A stretch of 63,371 nucleotides of DNA, filler included, from Globobulimina sp. (Eukaryota): assembly GCA_003354225.1 (NCBI GenBank). It is 30 parts of 30 records of this genome, joined end to end, with 100 filler letters (N's around TTAATTAATTAA, not from the genome) between each part and the next. Parts side by side here need not be neighbours in the genome. Positions count along the whole stretch, not along the records: positions 12,703 to 14,719 come from PIVH01009726.1; positions 14,820 to 16,836 come from PIVH01009727.1; positions 16,937 to 18,952 come from PIVH01009728.1; positions 19,053 to 21,068 come from PIVH01009729.1; positions 21,169 to 23,184 come from PIVH01009730.1; positions 23,285 to 25,300 come from PIVH01009731.1; 24 more parts are not named here. The stretch is one strand, 5' to 3'. The notes under the pieces are model-generated. The model did not search any database. It was not told the DNA's origin and was given only the letters and a program-made list of their open reading frames with translations. Below, piece after piece: positions 12,703 to 23,316 of this stretch. The stretch's first letter is position 1, and each line of letters begins with the position of its first letter. A program made the translations under genes and the position numbers.

Positions 12703-14719
12703 ATATTCATATAAAATATTTTGATTCGTGTCCAGTATCGACTGCAATGTGTGTATTAAAAACGGGATATTTGTTCCTTGCCTCAGAGTTTGGAAATCAT
12801 TATTTATTCACATTTAAAGGTATTGGCGATAATGATGATACCGCAGAAACCGACCGCAATACGACACAAGATGTCTTTTTTCAGCCGCGGCCACTCAAAA
12901 ATCTACAAAATACGGATGAAATGTTATCCCTCTCTCCTATCACCAAAATGCACGTCGATGAGTTGTTAGGTTTGTTACATTTTTAGCTGTCATTCTCTGC
13001 ACAGTCTTTTTTTAAAGTAAACCTTACTCAAAAAACATTTTACATTTTCCCATTCCCCTAAAAAGGTGAAGAAACGCCGCAAATCTATTGTTTATGCGGT
13101 AGAGGCCCACGGTCTACACTACGGATCTTAAAACATGGCTTATCAGTGACTGAAATGGCCCAATCGGACATCCCGGGCAATCCCAACGCAGTGTGGTCTG
13201 TGAAAAGCAGCGACGACGACGAGTATCACAAATACATCGTGGTGTCCTTCCTGAATGCAACCATGGTGTTATCCATTGGCGAGACCGTAGAAGAAGTGAA
13301 TAATTCTGGTTTTTTGTCCGATGTCATGACATTGTTGGTGACTTTAATCGGACGCAACATTTTAATGCAAGTGCATTCCAGAGGTATTCGACTAATTCAC
13401 TCCGATTCGCGCGTTAAAGAATGGCTGCCTCCGTCAAATAAAAAGATCACCAAAATCTCGTGTAACAGCCAACAAGTTATCATTGCAATGAGTGGCGGCG
13501 AATTGGCCTATTTCGAGCTGGATCGCTTTCAAAATCTGTCCGAAGTTTGCCGCAAAGAGCTGAAATGCGACATCATTGACGTAAGCATCGCGCCGTTGAG
13601 CTCTGGCATGCGTCGCTCGCGTTGGATGAGCGTGGCTTTGACGGATGGCACTGTCCGCATATTGTGCTTGGACAAAGAGAGTGTGTTGGAGCAGAAAGCC
13701 ATGCAGTTGCTGGGCAATAATATCCATTGCGTGTTGCTGCAATATCTGCACAGTTCGGCTGCGGTGCATAGCTCCAAATTGTATTTATACATTGGAATGT
13801 ATGTCGGCACATTGATTGCAGTGCGCGTCGATACGAGCAATGGTTTGATCTCTGACAAAAGGGAGAGGTTAATTGGAACGCGTCCGGTGAGCTTATTCCG
13901 TACAGAAATCCGCAATCAATCGGCCATCATCGCCTTGTCTTCGCGGACGTGGCTCATTTATAACCATCAGAGCAAGTTAGTGGTGGCGCCGCTGAGTTAC
14001 ATCAATTTGGAGTACGTCTCCTATTTTTCGTCGGAGCAGTGTCCGGAAGGAATGGTGTCCATCGCACGGAGGACTCTGCGCATATTCACAGTGGAACGGT
14101 ACGGCGACATCTTTAATGAGAAAGTGATCCGTTTGCGATATACGCCGCGCGAAATGTTAATACATCCCTCGACGTCGTATCTGGTCATCATCGAAAGTGA
14201 TAACTGCAGTTATCCGTATTCACAGAAACAGGAAATTCAGCGCACTTTGCATGACGACGCCAAATATGAGAGCTTGGCCATGGATGAGAGTTTTGTGGGT
14301 GTTCCGCGCACAAAGTCCGGGAATTGGGCCTCTTGTATACGGATTATCGACCCTCGCAATGGCAGCAATTTGCATATCTTGGAGTTGGAAGACAACGAAG
14401 CGGCGTTTTCAATGTGTTTCTGTGTGTTTTCGTCGTTGCCGCAGGAGATATTTGTGATTGTGGGCACTGCGGTGAGCTATGAGTTGTATCCCAAGCGGAC
14501 GGATAAATGTTTCATTTGCGTTTATAAGTTTGTTAAGCATAAACGCATCGAGTTGGTGCATAAGACGCAAGTGCATGACATACCGCTGGCGTTATGTGGG
14601 TATAACGGCAAGTTATTGGCGGGAATTGGCAGTGTTTTGCGTCTGTATGATATCGGCAAGAAACGTTTGTTGCGGAAGTGTGAGAATAAAAACTTCCCAG
14701 TCTGCATTTCTTCCATTTC
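12703..14719 (+). CDS. SF3B3: Splicing factor 3B subunit 3 (SAP130/Rse1), internal fragment; intron 12970-13065
   Basis: LKTGYLFLASEFGNH, TPQIYCLCGRGPRSTLRILKHGL, PGNPNAVW, FSSEQCPEG, LYDIGKKRLLRKCENK. Confidence 0.97.
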
Positions 14720-14819
14720 NNNNNNNNNNNNNNNNNNNNNNNNNNNNNNNNNNNNNNNNNNNNTTAATTAATTAANNNNNNNNNNNNNNNNNNNNNNNNN
14801 NNNNNNNNNNNNNNNNNNN

Positions 14820-15098
14820 TGGCGGGAATGGGATTCAAAAAAAGTATTTTATTTTATTATGAATGCAGTGAATGATGGCTCCTTAAAGCCGTATCAAGAA
14901 AGTATTAAAAAAGAAATATTTGAGTCTCAATATACTGGAAAGGATTTAGCAGAAATTGATAAAAATGAACTTAAATCAATGGGAATTAAAAATATATCAA
15001 TAAGACGAGCTGTATTTAATGAGATTCAAAAACTTATTCAAAATAAATCGCAAATGAATGAAGGAATGGCGTCAAATCAACCAACTCCATACATATGA
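14820..15098 (+). CDS. C-terminal SAM-domain-containing protein (5' partial)
   Basis: YQESI...TGKDLAEIDKNELKSMGIKNISIRRAVFNEIQKL fits the SAM pattern. Confidence 0.75.
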   Translation, partial: WREWDSKKVFYFIMNAVNDGSLKPYQESIKKEIFESQYTGKDLAEIDKNELKSMGIKNISIRRAVFNEIQKLIQNKSQMNEGMASNQPTPYI

Positions 15099-15244
15099 TT
15101 TTCTTTTTTTTAATCTGTAATAATTATTATATCCTTGCATTTAATCCAATTTCTGTAATTTTCAATGCAATTTCTGGGTTTATGGTTGCTATGTGTCAGA
15201 TATTAAACTGTTATTTAAAAACGTACGTTTAAACTATCATACTG

Positions 15245-16813
15245 ATGGAGCGTCGGACTTTACTCTCCTTCTATAGGCTCAAACGTGTGACTGTTTCTGT
15301 TTCATTTAACCATCGATACTTTTGTCAAGAAGCGTGGTTCAAGAAACAACAACATAAAAAATTGGATAATCATAAAAATAAATGGGTGAGCTCCAAATCT
15401 GTTGAATATTTGAACGATCCGGTTTGTAGAAAGATATTCGAAGCGAGATCAGCGAAACAGATAAGAAGCATATTGGAGAAAAGAGGAATAAATCACGAAT
15501 GGATGGATGTTGATGGTGTGACTGATTATCATTTCTACACTGTGGCTTTGCGGAAACTAATTGATTTGCAAGAATTTGATGAATGCTGGTCATTATTTGC
15601 TGAAATCAAAGAAGAACATCAACACTCCAAATTGCTCTGTGTTCCCATCTATAATACAATGATTTATCTATGCCTGCAACGTCGGAACAAATATGCTCTG
15701 AAACAAGCATTGGAATTATACAATGAAATGACGCAGCAATACTTATTACAGCCCGATCTCATCACTTTTACCAATCTAATATCACTTTGTACGGCTATCG
15801 CTGCCTGGGACAAAGCGGACAATTTCTGGAAAATTCTCGTAAATTCAAGGCAAATAAATGTGGATTTGAGTGCCTATAATACAATGATTGATTGTTACGC
15901 CAAATCAAATAAATTGGAAGAAGCCATGCATTTATTCAAACAATTAAGAACTTCAAATATGAATAATATCTGTTTGAAACCAGACAGTTTTACATATTCA
16001 ATCTTGATTTCTGCCCTCAGCAAACTGAAAAAAGTTGATTTAGCTGAAAAATTATTTGTATTGGCATTGAAAGATTGTGGCATCAAATGTGAAATTATGG
16101 TTTTTCAGCCTTTATTGGATGCATACTCTCAAATTGGTGATATCTTCAGCGGTCTCAAACTATTCAATTTGTTGCTATGTAAGCAAAGCAAATATGATCT
16201 AAATGTGTTTTGCAATGACACTTTGGGCATAAACAGAGATGATAAGTTATTGAGAAAAATCTATAAATATAATGAGAAACAAGTGTTTCCCAAATTGAAT
16301 GCAATGTGTTTTAATGGCGTATTTAAAGGATTTACGAGGATGAAACAACTGCGATTTGGCAGAAATGAAATGCAAAATGATGTTGAAAGCAATTTGTTGC
16401 TCTATTTATTGGTTGCAAACAATTCATGGCAAATTATTGAGTATTTATTGAATATAATGGATGCATTGAATATAAATAAAACATCGGTAACATATGGAAT
16501 ATTGTTCCATTTATGTAATTACGATGCCTGTTTCGACACAAATGAAAATAAACAAAAAGATGGATTGCAGAAAGCAATGGAAATATACCATTTGATGAGA
16601 AATGACAGCAATTTACAGCTGAGAACTGATATGGAAATGTGCAATTTTTTGCGGACTGCTTTGAATGTGCATAGTAATGATAAAGAAGAAAAACTAAAGT
16701 TTGTCAAGTGGTGGATTCAGGAAATGGATAAAATGAAACTAAAAAAAAGTGAATATACCTTGCACGAAATTGTCAAAAATGGTATCAACATATCAGATAT
16801 AAACATTTTATAA
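15245..16813 (+). CDS. Pentatricopeptide repeat protein, probably mitochondrial
   Basis: ~35-aa repeats (YNTMIYL, PDLITFTNLI, AYNTMIDCYAK, KPDSFTYSILI); Arg-rich N-terminal presequence. Confidence 0.9.
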   Translation: MERRTLLSFYRLKRVTVSVSFNHRYFCQEAWFKKQQHKKLDNHKNKWVSSKSVEYLNDPVCRKIFEARSAKQIRSILEKRGINHEWMDVDGVTDYHFYTVALRKLIDLQEFDECWSLFAEIKEEHQHSKLLCVPIYNTMIYLCLQRRNKYALKQALELYNEMTQQYLLQPDLITFTNLISLCTAIAAWDKADNFWKILVNSRQINVDLSAYNTMIDCYAKSNKLEEAMHLFKQLRTSNMNNICLKPDSFTYSILISALSKLKKVDLAEKLFVLALKDCGIKCEIMVFQPLLDAYSQIGDIFSGLKLFNLLLCKQSKYDLNVFCNDTLGINRDDKLLRKIYKYNEKQVFPKLNAMCFNGVFKGFTRMKQLRFGRNEMQNDVESNLLLYLLVANNSWQIIEYLLNIMDALNINKTSVTYGILFHLCNYDACFDTNENKQKDGLQKAMEIYHLMRNDSNLQLRTDMEMCNFLRTALNVHSNDKEEKLKFVKWWIQEMDKMKLKKSEYTLHEIVKNGINISDINIL

Positions 16814-16936
16814 CAACTGAAACTGGATAATAGTCTNNNNNNNNNNNNNNNNNNNNNNNNNNNNNNNNNNNNNNNNNNNNTTAATTAATTAANNNNNNNN
16901 NNNNNNNNNNNNNNNNNNNNNNNNNNNNNNNNNNNN

Positions 16937-17650
16937 ATTTATGCAAGTCTGAAAATCTATTCCATCATAAAACATTTAACCACAAAGAAAAATATTGAAA
17001 AAATTAACATAATAAAACAATATTCGATATCACACATTTGTATTGGTATTATAATTAATATATGTTTGATAGTTTTATATTTAATAATTAACAAATTATC
17101 AATTGTTGAGTGTGAATTTATTTCTTCTTCAAAACAGATTGTATCTAATATGAATTTGCAATGCCAAGCAAACAAACTACTCATTCAATACAACAATAAT
17201 AATATTAACACCTTACATTACAATGATTATCAACAACACATTATTGGTTTAATTTGGATCTCTTTTGGTATTTTAGCTGGCTTTTCCGCGGCAATTTCAT
17301 TCATTATCTTATGGAAATCGCACAATTATTGTCGATCAATGATTTTTTCTATTTCATCTTTAATTTTATCATTTATATCTTTTCTAATATGGGTATCAAT
17401 GGATAATGTATGTAATGATGAAACTTGTATATATTATGCCAAATATATGAATAAATCAAACAAATCAAACCATATCCATATCCATACAATCATTACAAAA
17501 CATAAATATTTTATCAATTCAACAGCAATACAATTAATTTCATGTCTAATGTGGTTTATTATCATTTGGTTTCAAGCAAAGCACAACAATAATGACCATG
17601 GTCTTGACAATAATAAACATTATAAATATACTGCCGTTCCTGTATTATAA
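16937..17650 (+). CDS. Four-TM membrane protein (5' partial)
   Basis: Frame open from the contig start; four hydrophobic helices with Cys pairs in the loops. Confidence 0.55.
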   Translation: MYASLKIYSIIKHLTTKKNIEKINIIKQYSISHICIGIIINICLIVLYLIINKLSIVECEFISSSKQIVSNMNLQCQANKLLIQYNNNNINTLHYNDYQQHIIGLIWISFGILAGFSAAISFIILWKSHNYCRSMIFSISSLILSFISFLIWVSMDNVCNDETCIYYAKYMNKSNKSNHIHIHTIITKHKYFINSTAIQLISCLMWFIIIWFQAKHNNNDHGLDNNKHYKYTAVPVL

Positions 17651-17738
17651 ATATACTGCAGAATGTTTTCCATAGTGACCACTTTTTTTTTTATCTCCAT
17701 TTTCTTTAAAAAAAAACTTTCACTTTCTTTGTGTTTAC

Positions 17739-18308
17739 ATGGCGTATCAACCAAAGCAACAAGGAAAGAAAGCACAGCAACAACAACAGCAACAGCAACA
17801 GCAACAGCCACAAAGAGGAAGGCGTCCGTCGCAATTATCACAAGACGAACTCCAACAATTAAAAGCAGCGTTTAAATTTTTTGACAAAGATGGAAATGGT
17901 ACCGTTGAACCAGAAGAAATATCGGAAGTAATGAAAGTTTTAGGAGTTAATTTAACTTTAGAAGAATTAACAGATATTATGTCTAATTTAGACGAGAATG
18001 GTGATGGTGTAATGGATTTTGATGAATTTGTCTTGATGATGGACCGACGAATGTCAATAAACTCCCAACGCGCAGAAATTGAACAAACATTTAAGGTTTT
18101 TGATAAAAATGGTGATGGTAAGATTACTTTTGATGAGTTAAAGGAGGTTTTGACTCAATTAGGCGAAGAGGTGACGGATAAGGATGTTATGGATATGATA
18201 AAAGAGGCGGATTTAAATGGTGACGGCGCAATAGACTTTGAAGAATTTATGATTATGATGACCGCCAATGAAGATGAACAGACTAAATCGTTATTACTCT
18301 CCACATAA
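17739..18308 (+). CDS. Calmodulin-like four EF-hand protein with polyQ N-terminal extension
   Basis: EF loops DKDGNGTVEPEE, DENGDGVMDFDE, DKNGDGKITFDE, DLNGDGAIDFEE. Confidence 0.93.
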   Translation: MAYQPKQQGKKAQQQQQQQQQQQPQRGRRPSQLSQDELQQLKAAFKFFDKDGNGTVEPEEISEVMKVLGVNLTLEELTDIMSNLDENGDGVMDFDEFVLMMDRRMSINSQRAEIEQTFKVFDKNGDGKITFDELKEVLTQLGEEVTDKDVMDMIKEADLNGDGAIDFEEFMIMMTANEDEQTKSLLLST

Positions 18309-18566
18309 CAAATATAATATAATCTAATATAATATAATATAATCTAATATTGTTTCATTATTTATTTTGCGAATTTGCGTAAAAGTTGTATTTTTTTTGT
18401 TTTTTTATATCACTGAGTCCAGTCCAGTGACTCCAGTCAGTCCAGTCCAGTCCAAGTTGTCTTGTCTTGTTGTTGTTAGACATTATTTATGTTTTGTTTG
18501 TTTGTTTGTTTTTATTATTGTTTTTTTTGTTGTATGAAATTAAAATTAAAATCAAAATCTAAATAT

Positions 18567-18952
18567 CTAAGATTGTATTTTTTGAACCCAAGCACATTTG
18601 GAATCAAGTTGTTGACCAATGCCGAGTTGATATAATTTATATGTCAAAGAGGCGCAACTGACTATAGCGACAAATATAGCTTGTATGATTGCAAACTTTC
18701 TTTTTGTTTTATGTTTATTTGTTGGAACCAATTTGAGAAAGAATATTGCCGGAAGAATATTACCTAATAATGGATAGGTCGTACTTCCTAAAATGCCAAA
18801 TACGATGGAAATGGATGTAACAGAAATACCAACAATAACCGATAATGCAGCAAACAAAACAGTGACTGTTACGGGCCTTAAAGTGGATAATTGTTTTATT
18901 CCCCATATTAATTCACCAAATGCACAACGAAAAATAAATGAAGAGATTGGCA
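18567..18952 (-). CDS. Amino acid transporter (Aa_trans/SLC38-like) C-terminal fragment
   Basis: SISIVFGILGST...ILPAIFFLKL fits the last helices of the AAAP family. Confidence 0.75.
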
Positions 18953-19242
18953 NNNNNNNNNNNNNNNNNNNNNNNNNNNNNNNNNNNNNNNNNNNNTTAA
19001 TTAATTAANNNNNNNNNNNNNNNNNNNNNNNNNNNNNNNNNNNNNNNNNNNNATCAAAAGTGTTTTGAATGCAATGGAAGATAATCAAGTTCAAAAATCT
19101 GTCTATAATCAGTTGACTGTTTGATTCAATTGAATTGATTCAACATTGCCACCTCGCTCCTTTATTTTGCATTATTCATTTAACAGCAACAAATGACTCG
19201 TATTTAGTCGTATTTTGTGAATTAAGTAGTTTTTGTGAGCTG

Positions 19243-19567
19243 GTACTTTCTCTGTAGATTGGTTAGAAACGATGTGGTTTTAGAATCGATACAATTGATT
19301 TTAGGTTCACACTTCTAAACACTTCTTTTGTGATTGACTAAGTTTTTTCAAGCTTTTTGCACCTACATTAGGCTACATTTAGAGACAGCGACCCGATCGC
19401 GCCCCTGCAAAAAGCCTTACAAAACCTAAAAAGTCAATTGATTCAGAAAGTTCAAAATATGTGTATGATCATGGTATGACCATGGTACGACTCAGAACTA
19501 AGAGCAGCTTTCTAAATATATCAAATCTGAAAACCAAGCACTCCAAACAAATCTACAGAGAAAGTAC
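19243..19567. repeat. Imperfect long inverted repeat (foldback/MITE-like)
   Basis: GTACTTTCTCTGTAGATT (19243-19260) is the exact reverse complement of 19550-19567; weaker symmetry continues inward. Confidence 0.65.
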
Positions 19568-19875
19568 TCATAAATTAATTCCAATGTCAAACAATGATGG
19601 TTATGAAGTATTGGACTTAATTCAGGCGGCAAAAATAAATATAATTGGAGGTTAACAAGCAAGAAAATGACAGAGTAAATAAAAGTCAGAACGTCAATTG
19701 ATATTGCAGTAAGTTTATAAGATGTGTATAATAATTAATAAATAACCAATTCATAGATCAAATGTAACTGACTTGTTTCACTATCTCATAATTACACGTG
19801 CATAATTAGTATCTATTGCTATTTATATTTTTTATACAGCACATGACTGCTAATCTTTAGACATCTTGACTTATC

Positions 19876-21015
19876 ATGGATCGAACTAAACAAATAACTC
19901 AAGCAACAGGTGCCAAAGCACCTAGAAAACGGGAAAATACAGATAATAACGAGTCTGATAGTCCTGATAAAAAAAAAAGAAAATTAGATGAAAATCAAAA
20001 TATCTCTGATGGTTCAACAAACTCAACGTCAACGTATGATTCCAATGGTTCATCTGGTAATTCAAATTACAATGACTACAGTGATTCTAACAACTCAGCT
20101 TCTGATTCTGACTCTGACGCATCAACAAAACATACCTCAACTAACTATAAACATCACAATTCAATCGTGCAACAGACAATGGATAATGTTGTACAATCTG
20201 TACAAACTGTTTTAGATTCAAATTGTAGTAATTCTCAACTCTTGATATTTTCAAAAAAATTAAACAGCATCACAAAAGAAAACATAAACAAATTAGAAGA
20301 GTTGAGTTATAGAAATCAAGCAGTGTCATCATTATGTAACTCTTTTCGAGAGAGAATGAATAGACACATTTCCAATGATTATAATACAGACAGACACATT
20401 TCCAATGATTATAAGATGTATTTTAATAAAAAAATATTTGGTTTTATCAAAACAACAGTCGCAGGTTTACGATTTTGCAACATTGAGAAAAAAGAAGAGT
20501 GTGACTATTACGCAACACATTACATCAAGTATTCGTTAGATATTGCATTGAAAACAAAACAGCCCCATCAAAAATATTGCAAAAACATGCATAATTTACT
20601 CGGCAAATATATATCGGATATAAGTGGTATCAGCGCTCTGATTTCTGACTACAGTCATAATGGATATAGATGGTATCGCTTAGAGCTACAAGAAACAGAT
20701 GATGAAGAAGGTGAACATTGGCAAGACAATGAACGTGAAATCTTCAAAAGTGTACAGTTTGAGGTGGATGATTATTTTAGAGATAATACATATTATAAAA
20801 AGAAAAAGAAAAAGTTTTATTATGCAAGAGATCGTGCACGTTCTGGAAGAAAGGTAACTTTTGACTCGTTACGAAAAGAGTTGAAATGTGAGAGTGTATC
20901 CAATATGAGCAATAATGATTTGGCATGTTTTATTATTGCTGTTGGTATGATTGAATTTAATGATGATTTATTCTTAGACAATGATAGTGAAGAATGGATT
21001 GTTAAAAATCATTAA
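19876..21015 (+). CDS. Orphan protein with histone H3-tail-like N-terminus, NLS and Ser/Asp/Asn-rich linker
   Basis: Starts MDRTKQITQATGAKAPRKR, then PDKKKRK; intronless 379-aa ORF; no histone fold seen. Confidence 0.75.
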   Translation: MDRTKQITQATGAKAPRKRENTDNNESDSPDKKKRKLDENQNISDGSTNSTSTYDSNGSSGNSNYNDYSDSNNSASDSDSDASTKHTSTNYKHHNSIVQQTMDNVVQSVQTVLDSNCSNSQLLIFSKKLNSITKENINKLEELSYRNQAVSSLCNSFRERMNRHISNDYNTDRHISNDYKMYFNKKIFGFIKTTVAGLRFCNIEKKEECDYYATHYIKYSLDIALKTKQPHQKYCKNMHNLLGKYISDISGISALISDYSHNGYRWYRLELQETDDEEGEHWQDNEREIFKSVQFEVDDYFRDNTYYKKKKKKFYYARDRARSGRKVTFDSLRKELKCESVSNMSNNDLACFIIAVGMIEFNDDLFLDNDSEEWIVKNH

Positions 21016-21168
21016 TTAATATCAACAATGTTGTTGTTAATAACATTTTGCAGAGCTGTATATATTATNNNNNNNNNNNNNNNNNNNNNNNNNNNNNNNN
21101 NNNNNNNNNNNNTTAATTAATTAANNNNNNNNNNNNNNNNNNNNNNNNNNNNNNNNNNNNNNNNNNNN

Positions 21169-22230
21169 TGGCATAGCTACGTTTTCTAAATATTTCCATT
21201 TTATGCTGGGAACAGTATCACAGAGCCATATCCCACCGAGATAGCCGCCCCATAAATGACTATCATTGCCGCCCATCACTAATATCTGTTTGCTGCCCTC
21301 CAACGGTATCACGCCATGGCCGTGAATCATTTTGCTGCGAACAAACAAGGCTCGTTCGGAAAACACTTTGTCCAAATCGTCCCATATCAAATGCAAATTA
21401 TTTAGCCTCCCACCAATGAGATGAATATTGCCGGATAAACAACATAACACTGGAAATGCGCCGACATCTTTTAAATCCTTGTTATATGTGACAAACGTTG
21501 TTGTTTTTATGTCATATTCCATGAAATTATTCTCTTTCGATGCACTATAATTGCAATACAGATATATTTTCTGTTTGTTATGATCGATGCAGGTCGACAC
21601 TTGCGTTGGTTCTAATTTCTCCGGATATTGAAAATAAACTTTCAATTTATTTTTAATAAAGTCATATCTGTACACATTTGAATTCATATCGCCCGAAGCT
21701 ATCAACATTTGGTGGGAATCAATGATGACAGGTTTGCCATAATGATCTTCTGTGAATTCGATTTCTTTCCAATTTGAACTGCGCGGACTCGGTGCTAATT
21801 TCTGGTCTTTTCGAGATTTGTTTTGTTTGTCTTTTAGCCCAAAACCTAATGTTCTCACTATGGCGATCCCTCTTTTTTTATTTGTATCTTTGCCGACAAC
21901 ACTTGCTTCTGCTCCTGTTTTTGGTTCGGTTTTGCTTGTATTATTATCTTCGTTTTCTTTATCATTTATGGCAATGCTATCAGGTTTATGCGGTTTTGGT
22001 ATAAATGGACGAATTGTTTCTTCCTCTGTACGTGACATTTGTTTGAGTCGTATATCATCGCCAGCATCATATTTTACTTCTAACCATTCGCCTTCGGCGT
22101 CGGTAAATGTTCGCACTATTTCACCTTTATACCATTTATCCGCAGAGGAAGAATAAACTTCGACTATGGAACCATCTTTCCATGATGCTCTTGCATCGTT
22201 CGCTTTTTGATCTGTTGCAGATTGAGCCAT
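21169..22230 (-). CDS. Agenet/Tudor-like domain plus kelch-like beta-propeller protein (3' partial)
   Basis: WKDGSIVEVYSSSADKWYKGEIV...WLEVKY; IHLIGG and ILVMGG kelch motifs. Confidence 0.7.
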
Positions 22231-22278
22231 TTTTCAACCGGGCTTTAAAACGATTTTTTTTAGATGGGACAAAAAGAT

Positions 22279-23184
22279 TTATTTTGGTTTAAGAGTATAT
22301 GTATCAAATTCAAACAACGCGTGCGTTTGCTTACTAATCTTGTTATAGTCAATATAATGAACTTTCCTTCTGCTCACTATTTTCATTTCACCATCAACAT
22401 AAAACGAATGAATATCACCAACCTTAAGACTCTTGTCATTAATCCAAGTCTTGGCTTTAAACACGATTTTATGAGCACGATATATCACATTCTCAATCAC
22501 ACAAAATTGCAACAAAATTGTTATAACATCAACAGACAACCCAAAATCTCTAAAAATATCCATTATCTCCTTAGTATCCACCACAACAAACTGATAATAA
22601 CATCCATTGAGATAAACCATGCATTCATTCATTTTATACCAATCAATATACGCTTCATATGGGTCATACAACGGCTGTCCTTTATGCAAAAGAGAAAATA
22701 AACCACCACTCCTCCATAACACCTCACCACTTTCAGTGGATACCACAAAAAACCCATCATTTGGTACAACTATTATCCATTTACCATTTGGTGATACTTT
22801 CATTCCTTTGATGGTCTCAGATTTAAATTTTTTCGCATAATCTGTCGATATATCCCATTTTATAAAACCGTAGCTATCAATATTAAATGTACCTAATTGA
22901 TCCACTGACATTTTATTCAAATTTATTGCATCGAAATGCAAAGTGGTTACAAAGCCAGCAACGATATAAATAATATGTGGCTGGTCAGATTTTTGTACAG
23001 TTTGGGTTCTGCCGAACCACCAAGTCTGTTTTTTAAATTTCTTATTCAAATTGCGATGTTTGTCGCCGTCATATTTATATAATTCCACATTTGAAGCAAA
23101 TTTGTAAACAACTATGGAGCGAAAATTGGAGCCTTTCGCATCGTATTTGATCAGAAAATCTTCATTGTTGCAACGAAATACATT
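22279..23184 (-). CDS. Hypothetical beta-rich protein (5' partial)
   Basis: Long ORF with WD/beta-propeller-like segments (KVSPNGKWI). Confidence 0.55.
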   Translation of the reverse strand, partial: NVFRCNNEDFLIKYDAKGSNFRSIVVYKFASNVELYKYDGDKHRNLNKKFKKQTWWFGRTQTVQKSDQPHIIYIVAGFVTTLHFDAINLNKMSVDQLGTFNIDSYGFIKWDISTDYAKKFKSETIKGMKVSPNGKWIIVVPNDGFFVVSTESGEVLWRSGGLFSLLHKGQPLYDPYEAYIDWYKMNECMVYLNGCYYQFVVVDTKEIMDIFRDFGLSVDVITILLQFCVIENVIYRAHKIVFKAKTWINDKSLKVGDIHSFYVDGEMKIVSRRKVHYIDYNKISKQTHALFEFDTYTLKPK

Positions 23185-23316
23185 NNNNNNNNNNNNNNNN
23201 NNNNNNNNNNNNNNNNNNNNNNNNNNNNTTAATTAATTAANNNNNNNNNNNNNNNNNNNNNNNNNNNNNNNNNNNNNNNNNNNNCACCCGATCAATGGAG
23301 ATTTATCAAACACAAA

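Noticed and set aside
18310-18520. AATAT, CCAGT and GTTT short repeats between convergent genes
   Set aside because: Ordinary 3'UTR microsatellites
19876-21015. Calling this ORF a histone H3 variant or CENP-A
   Set aside because: No histone-fold motifs (e.g. RYRPG, LLIRKLPF) follow the tail
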